The notes under the pieces are model-generated. The model was not told the origin of the DNA and searched no databases. It saw only the letters and a program-made list of their open reading frames with translations. From Planctomycetota bacterium (GTDB lineage: Bacteria > Planctomycetota > UBA1135 > UBA2386), in NCBI GenBank assembly GCA_965228735.1, contig OZ245838.1, forward strand, positions 3,840,001 to 3,904,000: DNA of 64,000 nt. The letters run 5' to 3'. This document shows, in pieces, positions 50,088 to 61,383 of this stretch; the stretch's first letter is position 1, and the number at the start of each line of letters is the position of its first letter. The translations under genes and the position numbers were made by a program.

Positions 50088-51710
50088 ATGCGCTCTGCCC
50101 TCCTGCTGTCCCTGCTCTCCGTCCTCCTGGCCGCCTGCGCGGACGCCCCGCCGCTGCACCACGACATCGGCGCCGTGCACCGCGACGTCACGACCGCCTC
50201 CCCGGCCGCCCAGCGGTGGTTCGACCGCGGCCTGGCCAACTGCTTCGGCTTCAACCACGCCGCGGCGCTCGAGTGCTTCGAGCAGGCGATCGCGGCCGAC
50301 CCCGACTGCGCGATGGCGCACTGGGGCGTGGCCTACGCGCTCGGCCCGAACTACAACGCCGCCGAGGTCGAGCCCGAGGCGTGCGAACGCGCTTACAAGG
50401 CGCTCGTCGCGGCGAACAAGGCCAAGGGCAAGTCGCGCCGGGAAACGGCGCTGATCGAGGCGTTCTTCGCACGCCACCCCGACGGTGAAGCCTCTGACCG
50501 TGCCGCCCGCGACGCCGCCTATGCGGCGGCGATGCGCCGACTGCACCGCAAGTATCGCGACGACGCCGACATCGCCGCGTTCACGGCCGAAGCCGTGATG
50601 CAGCTCAACCCGTGGAAGCTCTGGTCGAACACCGGCGAGCCCGCACCGCAGATCCCGGAGATCCGCGGCATCCTCGAGCCGGCGCTGCGCCGCGCGCCGA
50701 ACCACCCCGCGCTCTGCCACCTCTACATCCACGCGATGGAGGCCGGCCCGCTCGCCGACCGCGCGACGCCCGCGGCCGAACGCCTCGAGAACCTGACTCC
50801 CGGTCTCGGTCACCTCGTGCACATGCCAAGCCACATCTACATCTGGACCGGCCGCTACGCGGACTCGCTGCGCGTCAACCAGCGCGCGGTCGCCGTCGAC
50901 GACGAGTTCTTCGGCGACGACCCGAAGGTCGGGATGTACGCGCTGTATCGCATCCACAACCTGCACTTCATCGCCTACAGCGGCATGTGGACTGGCCAGT
51001 CCGAGGTCGCGCTCGCGGCGGCGAAGCAGATCAGCAGCGACATCCCCGCGCCGATGATCACGGCGATGGCCGACTTCGTCGACGTCTTCACCGCGACGCC
51101 CTTCCACGTGATGGTGCGCTTCGGCATGTGGGACGAGATCCTCGCGGAGCCCGAACCGGCGCACCCGGAGCAGTTCGCCGCGCGCGCCATCTGGCGCTAC
51201 GCCCGCGGCATCGCGCTCGCCGTGCTCGGCCGCACGGACGAGGCGACGGCGGAGCTCGCCGAGTTCGAACGCGCGCGTGAAGCGATGCCGGCGAGCCGCC
51301 TGCTGTTCAACAACGCCGCCAAGGACATCCTCGCGGTGGCCGACGACGTGCTCCGCGGCGAGCTCGCGTATCGCCGCGGTGAATACGACAGCGCGTTCGA
51401 GCACCTGCACCGAGCCGTCAAGCTCGACGAGCAACTCAACTACGACGAGCCGTGGGGCTGGATGGAACCGGCGCGCCACGCGCTCGGCGCACTGCTGACC
51501 GAGCAGGGCCGCTTCGCCGAGGCCGCCGTCGTCTACCAGGAGAACCTCGAGCGCTACCCGAACAACGGCTGGGCGCTGCACGGCCTGCGCGAATGCCTGC
51601 GCGGGATGGGCCGCGACACCGAGGCGCGCGCGCTCACGAGCCGTTTCGAAGCCGCGTGGGCGAACGCGGACGTGCAGATCCCCGGGTCGTGCTTCTGCCG
51701 CACGCGGTAG
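50088..51710 (+). CDS. TPR-repeat lipoprotein
   Basis: LAAC lipobox, GFNH, HLYIHAME, HLVHMPSH, NGWAL, SCFC. Confidence 0.85.
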   Translation: MRSALLLSLLSVLLAACADAPPLHHDIGAVHRDVTTASPAAQRWFDRGLANCFGFNHAAALECFEQAIAADPDCAMAHWGVAYALGPNYNAAEVEPEACERAYKALVAANKAKGKSRRETALIEAFFARHPDGEASDRAARDAAYAAAMRRLHRKYRDDADIAAFTAEAVMQLNPWKLWSNTGEPAPQIPEIRGILEPALRRAPNHPALCHLYIHAMEAGPLADRATPAAERLENLTPGLGHLVHMPSHIYIWTGRYADSLRVNQRAVAVDDEFFGDDPKVGMYALYRIHNLHFIAYSGMWTGQSEVALAAAKQISSDIPAPMITAMADFVDVFTATPFHVMVRFGMWDEILAEPEPAHPEQFAARAIWRYARGIALAVLGRTDEATAELAEFERAREAMPASRLLFNNAAKDILAVADDVLRGELAYRRGEYDSAFEHLHRAVKLDEQLNYDEPWGWMEPARHALGALLTEQGRFAEAAVVYQENLERYPNNGWALHGLRECLRGMGRDTEARALTSRFEAAWANADVQIPGSCFCRTR

Positions 51711-51733
51711 CGGGGCGCTAGAATCCCAAGACC

Positions 51734-52039
51734 ATGGCCATTCTACTTCCCACACCTCCGGACCAGCTCGTCGACAGCGCGGGCCGCCCGTACTTCCTGT
51801 GGGATGTGGACATGACCTTGGCGGAGTTCGAGCAGCGGTTGCGCGAAGAGAACGCGCAGGGCCGCGCCTACCTGGTCGGCAAGCTCATGCGCCAGGCCAA
51901 GCCAGACGACGTGTTCACGTTCGTGACCGTCGACGAGATCGTCGAACTGTGGCCCCTGCTACAGCGCTATCTCGGGCGCCAACGTTCGTTCTGGCGTTGG
52001 CTGCTCGAGTACTGGGGGTGCAAGCTCGATGCAGCTTAG
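51734..52039 (+). CDS. Putative antitoxin of the AbiEii-type pair
   Basis: PYFLWD motif; overlaps the downstream nucleotidyltransferase. Confidence 0.65.
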   Translation: MAILLPTPPDQLVDSAGRPYFLWDVDMTLAEFEQRLREENAQGRAYLVGKLMRQAKPDDVFTFVTVDEIVELWPLLQRYLGRQRSFWRWLLEYWGCKLDAA

Positions 52040-52673
52040 TCCGCTGCAGAGTCGCGTCCTCGAGCTGCTTGCCGGAGTCGAGCCGCCATGGACGTTGACG
52101 GGGGGAGGGGCGCTCGCCGGATTCCACCTTGGACATCGCACGACTCGCGATCTCGACCTGTTCTTCATTGGCCAGGCATCCATCGCCGAAGTCCGCCGAG
52201 ATGTTACGGCGCGACTCGATACTGCGGGCTTGGACGTCAAGCAACTGCGCACGGGAGATGCGTTCACCGCCCTACGCGTTGCCGGGGAAGGCGAGGTCGT
52301 GATCGTCGACCTGGTGGCTGAACCAGTCGCCTCGATCGAAGAGCCACGGCGCATCGATCATCGCGGAGTATCGATTCTCGTCGACACCCCGCACGAAGTC
52401 CTCGTGAACAAGCTTTGCACCTTGCTGCACCGGTCCGAGCTTCGTGATCTCGTCGATATCCAGGCGCTGCTCGCAAGCGGCGGCGACCTGGACCGGGCAG
52501 TTGCGGACGCTCCGCGCAAGGACGGAGGCTTCTCGGCACTGACGCTGAGCTACACCCTCGAGGGCTGGGGCGTGGGAGACGCGGCCCGAGCGGCCGGCAT
52601 GGCCGATCGCGCCGACGAGCTCGACCGGTTCCGTTCCGACTTGCTTGATCGGGTGGCCGGAGATCGACCGTAG
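52029..52673 (+). CDS. Nucleotidyltransferase AbiEii/AbiGii toxin family
   Basis: [26 protein letters not shown]. Confidence 0.88.
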   Translation: MQLSPLQSRVLELLAGVEPPWTLTGGGALAGFHLGHRTTRDLDLFFIGQASIAEVRRDVTARLDTAGLDVKQLRTGDAFTALRVAGEGEVVIVDLVAEPVASIEEPRRIDHRGVSILVDTPHEVLVNKLCTLLHRSELRDLVDIQALLASGGDLDRAVADAPRKDGGFSALTLSYTLEGWGVGDAARAAGMADRADELDRFRSDLLDRVAGDRP

Positions 52674-52750
52674 CCGGCCCATCGAGGCTCGATCACGGCG
52701 ATCCCCGCCAACCGCTTGAGTCGCGTTTCGGTGCGCCCCATGATCGCGCC

Positions 52751-53218
52751 ATGAAGATCGATATCGGCATCAGCGACGCGCACCGGCAGGCCATCGCCGA
52801 AGGGCTCGGCAAGCTGCTCGCGGACTCCTACACGCTCTACCTCAAGACCCACAACTTCCACTGGAACGTCACGGGTCCGCAGTTCAACACGCTGCACACG
52901 ATGTTCGAGACCCACTACATGGAGCTCGCCACGGCCGTCGACGAGATCGCGGAACGCATCCGCTCGCTCGGGCAGCCGGCGCCCGGTTCGTATGCCGCGT
53001 TCGCGAAGCTCAAGTCGATCGACGAAGAGGAGGGCGTGCCGAGCGCGGAAGAGATGACGCGGCTGCTCGTGCTCGGGCACGAAGCGGTCGTTCGCACCGC
53101 GCGGTCGTGCTTCCCGACGGCCGAGGAAGCCAACGACCAGGCCACGCTCGATCTGCTCACGCGCCGCATCGACGTGCACGAGAAGACCGCGTGGATGCTG
53201 CGATCGATGCTCGCCTGA
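52751..53218 (+). CDS. dps: Dps DNA starvation/stationary phase protection protein
   Basis: [26 protein letters not shown]. Confidence 0.95.
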   Translation: MKIDIGISDAHRQAIAEGLGKLLADSYTLYLKTHNFHWNVTGPQFNTLHTMFETHYMELATAVDEIAERIRSLGQPAPGSYAAFAKLKSIDEEEGVPSAEEMTRLLVLGHEAVVRTARSCFPTAEEANDQATLDLLTRRIDVHEKTAWMLRSMLA

Positions 53219-53279
53219 GACGGCGAATGCGCGGGGCGGGGAACTCCAGCGCCCCGGGGCGTAGCACACGGCACGCCCG

Positions 53280-53669
53280 ATGACGCCCGCTCCGGAAGCC
53301 AGCACGACGAACCGCCCGCCCCGCCGGCCAAGGCAACGGCCGCGCTCGATCGCGGCGCCGTTGGTCGTCACGGGCCTGCTGGCCCTCGCGCTGTGGTCGG
53401 GCTGGCAGCTGCTCGACGCGGCCTGGCGGGCCCCCGCGGCCACCGACCCGGTCGTCGAGTTCTTCGTCGAGAACCTCGACTGTCCGATCTGGTGCGCCGT
53501 GCGGGTCACGGACGCGATCGACGCGCTCGACGGCGCGGAGACCGTCACCTGGGATCCCGCGACCGGGGTCGTCGCGGTGCGCCACGACCCCGCGCGGCAG
53601 AGCGTCGCGGGTCTGAGCGCGATCCTCGAGGACGCGGGCTTCCCCGTGCTCTCCACCGCGGCGCGCTGA
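53280..53669 (+). CDS. Membrane-anchored heavy-metal-associated (HMA) domain protein
   Basis: TM then VENLDCPIWC..ALDG..AILEDAGF. Confidence 0.7.
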   Translation: MTPAPEASTTNRPPRRPRQRPRSIAAPLVVTGLLALALWSGWQLLDAAWRAPAATDPVVEFFVENLDCPIWCAVRVTDAIDALDGAETVTWDPATGVVAVRHDPARQSVAGLSAILEDAGFPVLSTAAR

Positions 53670-53707
53670 CGGCAGCGCCTCCCGACAGCCGGATCCGCCC
53701 CGGTCCG

Positions 53708-55066
<1,359 letters not shown>

Positions 55067-55081
55067 CTGAGTGTTGCGCGT

Positions 55082-56161
55082 CTACGCGGGGGCGAGACGC
55101 ATGCGCTTCGCTTCGGCGAAGCAGACGAGGCGCTGATTGGCCTCGTCCCAGAGCTTGAGACCGAAGGTCTTGATGCCGGCCAGCAGGTCGACGTGCGGCA
55201 CCTCGCGGAACATCGGGTGCGACTCGTGACAGGCCTGCAGATTGTAATTGGGAATGCGGGCGTGCAGGTGATGCACGTGGTGGAACCCGATGTTGCCGGA
55301 GAACCACTGCAGCACGCGCGGCAGCTTGAGATACGAACTCCCGACGAGCGCCGCGGCCGCGTAGTCCCATTCCTTGCCGCGCTGCCAGTAGACGCCCTCG
55401 AACTGGTGCTGCGTATAGAACAACCACACGCCGATCGCGCCCGCGATCGCGAGCACGACGAGCTGCATCACGATGAAGTCGAGGAAGCCCATCGCGAACC
55501 CCATGCCCACGACGATGCCGCCGAGCGCGATGTTGGTGTACCAGACGGAGAAGCGCTCCCACATCCGCACCTTGCCCTTCGCGAAGCGGTTCTCGATCGC
55601 GAACATCCACAGCGGCGCGATCAGGACCAGCGTGAACGGGCTGCGGACGAAACGGTAGAGCGCGCGCTTCCGCCGCGGTGCGGCGTTGTACTCGGCGACG
55701 GTCATCGTCCAGACGTCACCCGTGCCGCGCTTGTCGAGGTTGCCCGACGCGCCGTGGTGCGTGCGATGCGCGGTGTGCCACAGGTGATACGGCGTGAACG
55801 ACAGCACGCCGGTCACGATCCCCCACGCCGTGTTGGCCCACTTGGCGCGGAAGAACGAGCCGTGGCCGCAGTCGTGGAACAGGATGAACGTGCGCACCAT
55901 CAGCGCGCCGTTGATCAGGCAGAGCGGGAAGCACAACCACCAGGAGATGGGCGCGAGAAACACGATCGCGACCCAGATGCCGAAGTAGGGCACGAGGGTG
56001 CTGAGGAGTTGCCAGGACGCGCGACCCGCGCGCGGCTGCGTGAACGGCAGCACGAGCGGCTGCCAGTCGGCCGGGCGCGGCGACGCCGGCGGCGCGGCGA
56101 CATCGGCTGCGGCAACAGGAGAAGCGGCGCCCGGCGTCGCGTTCGTGAATCGGTTCGTCAT
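55082..56161 (-). CDS. Membrane fatty acid desaturase
   Basis: His boxes HDCGH, HRTHH, HHVHH. Confidence 0.92.
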   Translation of the reverse strand: MTNRFTNATPGAASPVAAADVAAPPASPRPADWQPLVLPFTQPRAGRASWQLLSTLVPYFGIWVAIVFLAPISWWLCFPLCLINGALMVRTFILFHDCGHGSFFRAKWANTAWGIVTGVLSFTPYHLWHTAHRTHHGASGNLDKRGTGDVWTMTVAEYNAAPRRKRALYRFVRSPFTLVLIAPLWMFAIENRFAKGKVRMWERFSVWYTNIALGGIVVGMGFAMGFLDFIVMQLVVLAIAGAIGVWLFYTQHQFEGVYWQRGKEWDYAAAALVGSSYLKLPRVLQWFSGNIGFHHVHHLHARIPNYNLQACHESHPMFREVPHVDLLAGIKTFGLKLWDEANQRLVCFAEAKRMRLAPA

Positions 56162-56350
56162 CGAGTTGTAGGGGTCCTGGCCAGTGCGCGCAGCGCGTTG
56201 GTTCGGTCGGCGCCGCGGGCGCGGCGCCCTCGGGCGCCGCAGGAGGCAACTGATTGCCGACAGCGAGTTTGCCGCCGAAGGCACGGACCGCCGGACCGCC
56301 GCCGGGGCACGCGCCTCACGATGCTCATCGACTGGCGTGCGGGGATGCTA
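56162..56350 (-). promoter_or_regulatory. Candidate structured 5' leader of the desaturase-helicase operon
   Basis: TAGCAT (56350-56345) followed by several hairpins over ~180 nt. Confidence 0.4.
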
Positions 56351-56550
56351 GAGGGGATTCGGGCGGCGGTCGCGTGGATTCCGGAATTCCGGCCGGATCG
56401 CCGCAAACAGGCCACAGCAACGCGCCTACGGCGACGCGTTCGAAGGCCATGGACTTGCCGCCGGCCGCCGATCGGGGGATGATCCGGGGGTCTCGTTTCG
56501 GAAGGCGATCGCAACCCCCTCGTCCGCGCCCGCCGTTCCCCCTGCCTGCC

Positions 56551-57087
56551 ATGAAGATCGAGCCTATCTACCTCCTGGCGCCGGAGGCGAAGCCGAAGGT
56601 CAGATCGATGACCTCACGCCGCGCGTTCCTGCTCGCCGGATCGATGTTTGCCGCCGGGACCCTCGTCGGCGGAGCGTGTGGCTACACGCTGGGCGCGGCC
56701 AAGACCGAGGACTCGGCTGGCGCCGCCCCTGGCGTGGTGCCGGAGCCGAAGAAGAAGAAGCCGGACGAGGTCGTTCTCGAGCCGAGCGGCGATGCGACGC
56801 TGGATGAGCTTCGGCGATTGGCGGTGAAGGCGCCGATTGAGGAGTTGGTTGCGCAAAGCTCTCTGTTCCTGGGCCTACGAAGTCGCGACTACCGAGATGA
56901 TCAAACGCTCTGGCAAGGGCTGAATCGACTTGCGAACGAAGTCATCGACAACCCGAATCACCGGCTTTCCCGCTCAACGGTCGTGGTCCTTCGCAATCAG
57001 ATTGAAGGCCAAGACTGGCCGCCGGAACTGAACCTCAAGAACAAGCTCCGGGCACTTCGGACTCGCCTGGAGGCGATGAAACGTTGA
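56551..57087 (+). CDS. Hypothetical protein with twin-arginine-like motif
   Basis: SRRAFLLAG followed by a hydrophobic stretch; atypical codons in the 3' half. Confidence 0.65.
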   Translation: MKIEPIYLLAPEAKPKVRSMTSRRAFLLAGSMFAAGTLVGGACGYTLGAAKTEDSAGAAPGVVPEPKKKKPDEVVLEPSGDATLDELRRLAVKAPIEELVAQSSLFLGLRSRDYRDDQTLWQGLNRLANEVIDNPNHRLSRSTVVVLRNQIEGQDWPPELNLKNKLRALRTRLEAMKR

Positions 57088-57350
57088 GGCAGGGCGGTGA
57101 AGGCATTCGGGGACCGCAGACCGCCACCCCTGGCGGTTCGATCACCGTCAACGTCGGCACGAACGACCCAACCGTGGACATTGTCGACTCCAGCACTGGG
57201 GACGTGATCGGCACCGTCACCGTTGAGCCGTGGAAGGACACGACGATTACTCTGCCAAACCTGCCTGGCGGAAGTGCAATCCAGCTCATCGCCGGCACCG
57301 GCCTCAAGTCGCAGGTTCTAGACATAGAGATCATCTCCCCGAGCCCCTGA
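57084..57350 (+). CDS. Small beta-rich hypothetical protein
   Basis: TTGA overlap with upstream stop; Ig-like alternating pattern. Confidence 0.5.
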   Translation: MRQGGEGIRGPQTATPGGSITVNVGTNDPTVDIVDSSTGDVIGTVTVEPWKDTTITLPNLPGGSAIQLIAGTGLKSQVLDIEIISPSP

Positions 57351-57397
57351 TGAGCCGTCCCCCGGTAGCACCACTTCGCCGAACCCCGGAGACCATC

Positions 57398-58486
57398 ATG
57401 CCCAGCTCCAACTTCACCCTCCTCACCGCGGTCGCCCTGACCGCCGCCGTCACGGCGCAGAGCCACATCGTCGCGCCCGCCGCGCACACGTCGACGAACG
57501 CGGTGAGCTACGAGTGGATCGCCGGCGCGAGCCGGCCGCTGCGCCAGCAGACGCTGATCGGGCCGAGCCACCTCAGCGCGATGGTCGGCCGCGCGATCCA
57601 GGCGATCGAGCTGCGCCGCACCGCGGCCAACGAGATCTACCAGGGCGGTTCGATGAACCTCACCGTGTCGCTGTCGACCTCGCCCAACGCCGCGCTCAAC
57701 TGCAGCAACCGCTGGGGTGACAACATCGGGTTCAACGTCGTGCAGGTCTTCCAGGGCACGGTGACGCTGCCGACGTCACCCGCGACGGCGGTCGGCACCG
57801 GCGTGCCGATCGGGTGGACGCCGAACAACACGCTGCGCATCGCGCTGCAGACGCCGTTCGTGTACTCGGGCGGCACGTTGTGCGTCGACATCACGGGGCA
57901 GCCGATCGCCGGGCAGGAGGCCAACTGGTGGATGGCCGATGCCGCCTACGAGATCGTGCCGGGCACCGCGACGGTCGAGATCGGTTCGGGCTGCGGCCCC
58001 TATGGCGGGCCGCAGAAGCGCTGGTCGAGTGTCGCCGAGCGCAGCCTGATCCCGGGCGGCCGTGCGCAGTTCCGCGCCAACGGCATGCCGGGCACGATCG
58101 CGCTCGCGATGTTCGGCGCCCCGGCCGCCGCCCCGATCCCGCTCTCGACGTTCGGCATCCCGACCCCTGGCTGCTTCGGCCACGTCGACCCGTCGCTGAT
58201 CCTCGCGTCGATCGTCACGTTCTTCGAAGGCAATCCGCTGCTGCCGCCGACGTACGGCATGGCCGAGGTGCAGATCCAGATCCCGACCAGCCCCGTGACG
58301 TTCGGCATGCAGCTGACGACGCAGTGGCTCGATCTGCATCATCTCGCGACGAGCAACGCGATCACCTGGACGGTCGCGAGCGCCGCCCCCGCGCTCGACA
58401 TGGCCCTCAACGAAGGCCACCCGTCCGGCACGATCGGCACGGTCACGAACTACCTCGCGCACGTGATGCGCTTCGAATACCAGTAG
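57398..58486 (+). CDS. Secreted hypothetical protein
   Basis: GGAG SD, signal peptide (..AVTAQ), strong codon bias. Confidence 0.8.
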   Translation: MPSSNFTLLTAVALTAAVTAQSHIVAPAAHTSTNAVSYEWIAGASRPLRQQTLIGPSHLSAMVGRAIQAIELRRTAANEIYQGGSMNLTVSLSTSPNAALNCSNRWGDNIGFNVVQVFQGTVTLPTSPATAVGTGVPIGWTPNNTLRIALQTPFVYSGGTLCVDITGQPIAGQEANWWMADAAYEIVPGTATVEIGSGCGPYGGPQKRWSSVAERSLIPGGRAQFRANGMPGTIALAMFGAPAAAPIPLSTFGIPTPGCFGHVDPSLILASIVTFFEGNPLLPPTYGMAEVQIQIPTSPVTFGMQLTTQWLDLHHLATSNAITWTVASAAPALDMALNEGHPSGTIGTVTNYLAHVMRFEYQ

Positions 58487-58783
58487 GCCACTGGCCGCCC
58501 GCCGCGGGCGAACAACGCGCCGGCGCCATGCCGGGCGCGACGGGTTGCGAACTGCTCGGCAAGTCCTATCGCTCGAGGACGAGCGAGCCCCAGGCGAGCC
58601 GGAGTGCCCACCGGGCGGAGTCTGAGTCGCGCCAGGCAGCGTGAGCAGGCGTCGACTTCACATCGGGCCGACGAGACGCGGTCAGGACCGAGCCCCTATC
58701 CCGGGCGATGGCGCCGAGGTGGGTCACCGAGATCGCGGACCGGCTCGCGCGCAATATCGCAGTATGGCGAGCAGGATCGAGTG

Positions 58784-59533
58784 ATGACCAGCGTCCCCAA
58801 GAAGGCCGAACTCTACCGAATGGTCCGACCGGGCCATCTCTGCCCCTACGGGCTCAAGGCCCTGCATCTGTTGAGGAGCGAGGGCTTCGAGGTCGAGGAC
58901 CACCATCTCGAGAACGAGGACGAAACCGAGGCGTTCAAGGCGAAGCACGGCGTCACGACCACGCCGCAGATCTGGATCGATGGCAACCGGATCGGCGGCT
59001 ACGACGCGGCCCGCGAGCACTTCGGGCACGTGAGCGCCGACGAAGACACTACGAGCTACCGACCGATCATCATGCTGTTCCTGGTCGCGCTCGCCCTCGC
59101 GGCGGCCGCGCAGTGGGCGGCGACCGGGACGCTGGACTGGTCGGTCCTGCGGGGATTCGTCGCGGTCGCGATGACGCTCCTCGCACTGCTCAAGCTCCAG
59201 GACGTCGAGTCATTCTCGACAACGTTCCTGAACTACGACCTGCTGGCGCGTCGCTGGGTGCCCTACAGCTTCCTCTATCCGTACGCGGAAGCCACGGCAG
59301 GGGTGCTGATGTTCGCCGGCGTCCTGCCCTTGGTCGCAGGCCCGGTCGCCCTCTTCGTCGGAGCGGTCGGCGCCGCCTCGGTCTGCAAGGCCGTGTATCT
59401 CGAGAAGCGAGAGTTGAAGTGCGCGTGCGTCGGCGGCAACTCGAACGTGCCGCTCGGCTTCGTATCGCTCACCGAGAATCTCGCCATGGTCGGCATGGGC
59501 ACCTGGGCATTGATCGAGTTCTTCGTGGGCTGA
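58784..59533 (+). CDS. Glutaredoxin + MauE/DoxX membrane domain protein
   Basis: CPYG, TTPQI, GGYD, CACVGG, TENL. Confidence 0.88.
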   Translation: MTSVPKKAELYRMVRPGHLCPYGLKALHLLRSEGFEVEDHHLENEDETEAFKAKHGVTTTPQIWIDGNRIGGYDAAREHFGHVSADEDTTSYRPIIMLFLVALALAAAAQWAATGTLDWSVLRGFVAVAMTLLALLKLQDVESFSTTFLNYDLLARRWVPYSFLYPYAEATAGVLMFAGVLPLVAGPVALFVGAVGAASVCKAVYLEKRELKCACVGGNSNVPLGFVSLTENLAMVGMGTWALIEFFVG

Positions 59534-59835
59534 TTCCCGCACGCGGCCGTGTCGATCGGGCGAAGCCGCGCACGCTGCCCGGTTCGGCTGACGCGTCGGG
59601 TTCGCGAATCCGGCAGACGGCGGCGGAAACCGGCGGCGAACACTGCCACCAGCACCCGGCTGATCCGCCGGCCCGCTACGCCGCCGTGTACGCGCTGAAC
59701 AACCGCAGTCTTCCTGGCGGTGATCCCCTCGGAAGAACTGCCCTACCCGATAAGCGGCTGTGCTACTATGCGCGGCAGCGGTCTTGGGGTCCGCGCGAGC
59801 GGAGCGACCGCGCCTTGAGGCGTACAACACCACTC

Positions 59836-61239
59836 ATGAAGGAGAGCGAATTGACACCGCAACCAGTACCCAGTCGTCGTCAACGCTTTGCAAGCGCGAA
59901 GGTCGTGATCGGCTTTCTAGCCGGAGCACTTGTGACGTTCCTGTTCTCGCTGTGGGAGCACAACACTGTGGAAGCATCTCCGCTTCCGGAAGGAAAACCA
60001 AGAATCCGAATCTCCTCGGTAAAGCTGAGCAAGGTGTCCGTCGAGCAGACTACGAACCTGACGGACCAGGCGCTCGAAGTCCCGATGCTCACGCTGGAGA
60101 TTCTTCGCCAGCGAGTCGATTTCCCAGTCGCGAACCACACGGCCCAAGAGCTGATCACGCTCACGACGAAGTCCGGTCAACTCCACCGGATGGACGTGGG
60201 CGTCAACAAACAGATCGACATTCTGCGGTGGCTCGCCAACGTAGAAACAGCGCTGCAGGAAATACCCAACTACGCGGCTTTTCAGGCGACACTCGATGCC
60301 CTGATCGGCGCGCTCTCCAACAAGAGTCTGACAGTCGCCGGCCGACAAGAGTCTTTCAAGGACGTGTGCGAGAAGCGTCTCAACGCGCGCGGTGCGTTCA
60401 ACTCCGCCGTGGGTGCGCTGCTCCGATCCAAGGACAATCCGGCCATCAGCGGGGTGCTTGGTAGAATCGAAGAAATCAGAAAGCAGGCAGCCGTTTGGGA
60501 ATACACGAAACATGAAGAAGACCTGACATTCGCTTTCTCCACTCCGACCGTGAGCGTCATTGTCGACTACTACCCGCCAACCCAGGCGCACATCGTGGAG
60601 CGCAATACGATGGCTGAAGCGTTCGCCGACGTCCTCGCGCGACTCAACCCCAGCGATCTGCTACCACTCCTGCAGTTCGGACGAGACGAGATCGCGAAAG
60701 AGCACGCCGTCATGAGCGGGTTCTTGACAGCAACCAATGCAATGCTCCGCGCCACGCTCGTTCCGCGTCTGGAAGTAAGCGTCGTGGTGCTGAACCCGTC
60801 GCGAACCCCCGTGACGATCGCTCCATGGGCGGCCCTCGATGTAATGGGGGCATCTGGTTCGATCGCAGAGATCGTTGGCAAACTGTCTGACCGAGAAACG
60901 AAAGGCGACGAGTTCACGCAATCGTCGCTCAACGGCGTTGCAGAAAGCCTCTTGCGGGACGCGATTGCGAAGTCTAGCCCCGAGTACGTGACCATCCCCG
61001 CTGGAGGAATGGCAACCGTAGCCTGGGAAGGAGATTTCGATGGAGCCCCGGACGATTGGGAGGCCATCAAGTCGGCCTACGACCACGGACTCCTGAAGTG
61101 CCGAATGGCGCTCAAGACGTTCGAAGGCGTTGTCGTTTCCAGCCAACCGACCGAGTTCGGGGAACTCGTGAAGTCCGGACTTGCCACGGCCGCTCAACTC
61201 TTGCATACGTCTAGCGCAGACAGCAAGAAGGCACACTGA
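59836..61239 (+). CDS. Lower-GC orphan protein with N-terminal TM
   Basis: 467-aa protein-like frame; many A/T-ending codons; no recognised motif. Confidence 0.7.
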   Translation: MKESELTPQPVPSRRQRFASAKVVIGFLAGALVTFLFSLWEHNTVEASPLPEGKPRIRISSVKLSKVSVEQTTNLTDQALEVPMLTLEILRQRVDFPVANHTAQELITLTTKSGQLHRMDVGVNKQIDILRWLANVETALQEIPNYAAFQATLDALIGALSNKSLTVAGRQESFKDVCEKRLNARGAFNSAVGALLRSKDNPAISGVLGRIEEIRKQAAVWEYTKHEEDLTFAFSTPTVSVIVDYYPPTQAHIVERNTMAEAFADVLARLNPSDLLPLLQFGRDEIAKEHAVMSGFLTATNAMLRATLVPRLEVSVVVLNPSRTPVTIAPWAALDVMGASGSIAEIVGKLSDRETKGDEFTQSSLNGVAESLLRDAIAKSSPEYVTIPAGGMATVAWEGDFDGAPDDWEAIKSAYDHGLLKCRMALKTFEGVVVSSQPTEFGELVKSGLATAAQLLHTSSADSKKAH

Positions 61240-61261
61240 GCCCTACCGACCAGCTTCATAG

Positions 61262-61300
61262 CGGGACTCCAACTGGGTCCGTGCGAAGCTGGGAGTCCCG
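61262..61300. repeat. 9-bp inverted repeat between convergent genes
   Basis: cgggactcc ... ggagtcccg. Confidence 0.45.
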
Positions 61301-61383
61301 ATTCAGCTTCGCCCGCGCTTTCGGGTCGGAACATCCCCGGATGGGCCGCCGATCACTGCCGATCGAGCCCAGGCGCTGAACCT

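Noticed and set aside
58708..61239. 843-aa ORF as one protein
   Set aside because: The 5' part is an Arg-rich off-frame overlap of the glutaredoxin gene; the credible protein starts near 59836.
61256..61380. tRNA remnant or att site at the islet edge
   Set aside because: No cloverleaf, T-loop or matching direct repeat found on the other side.
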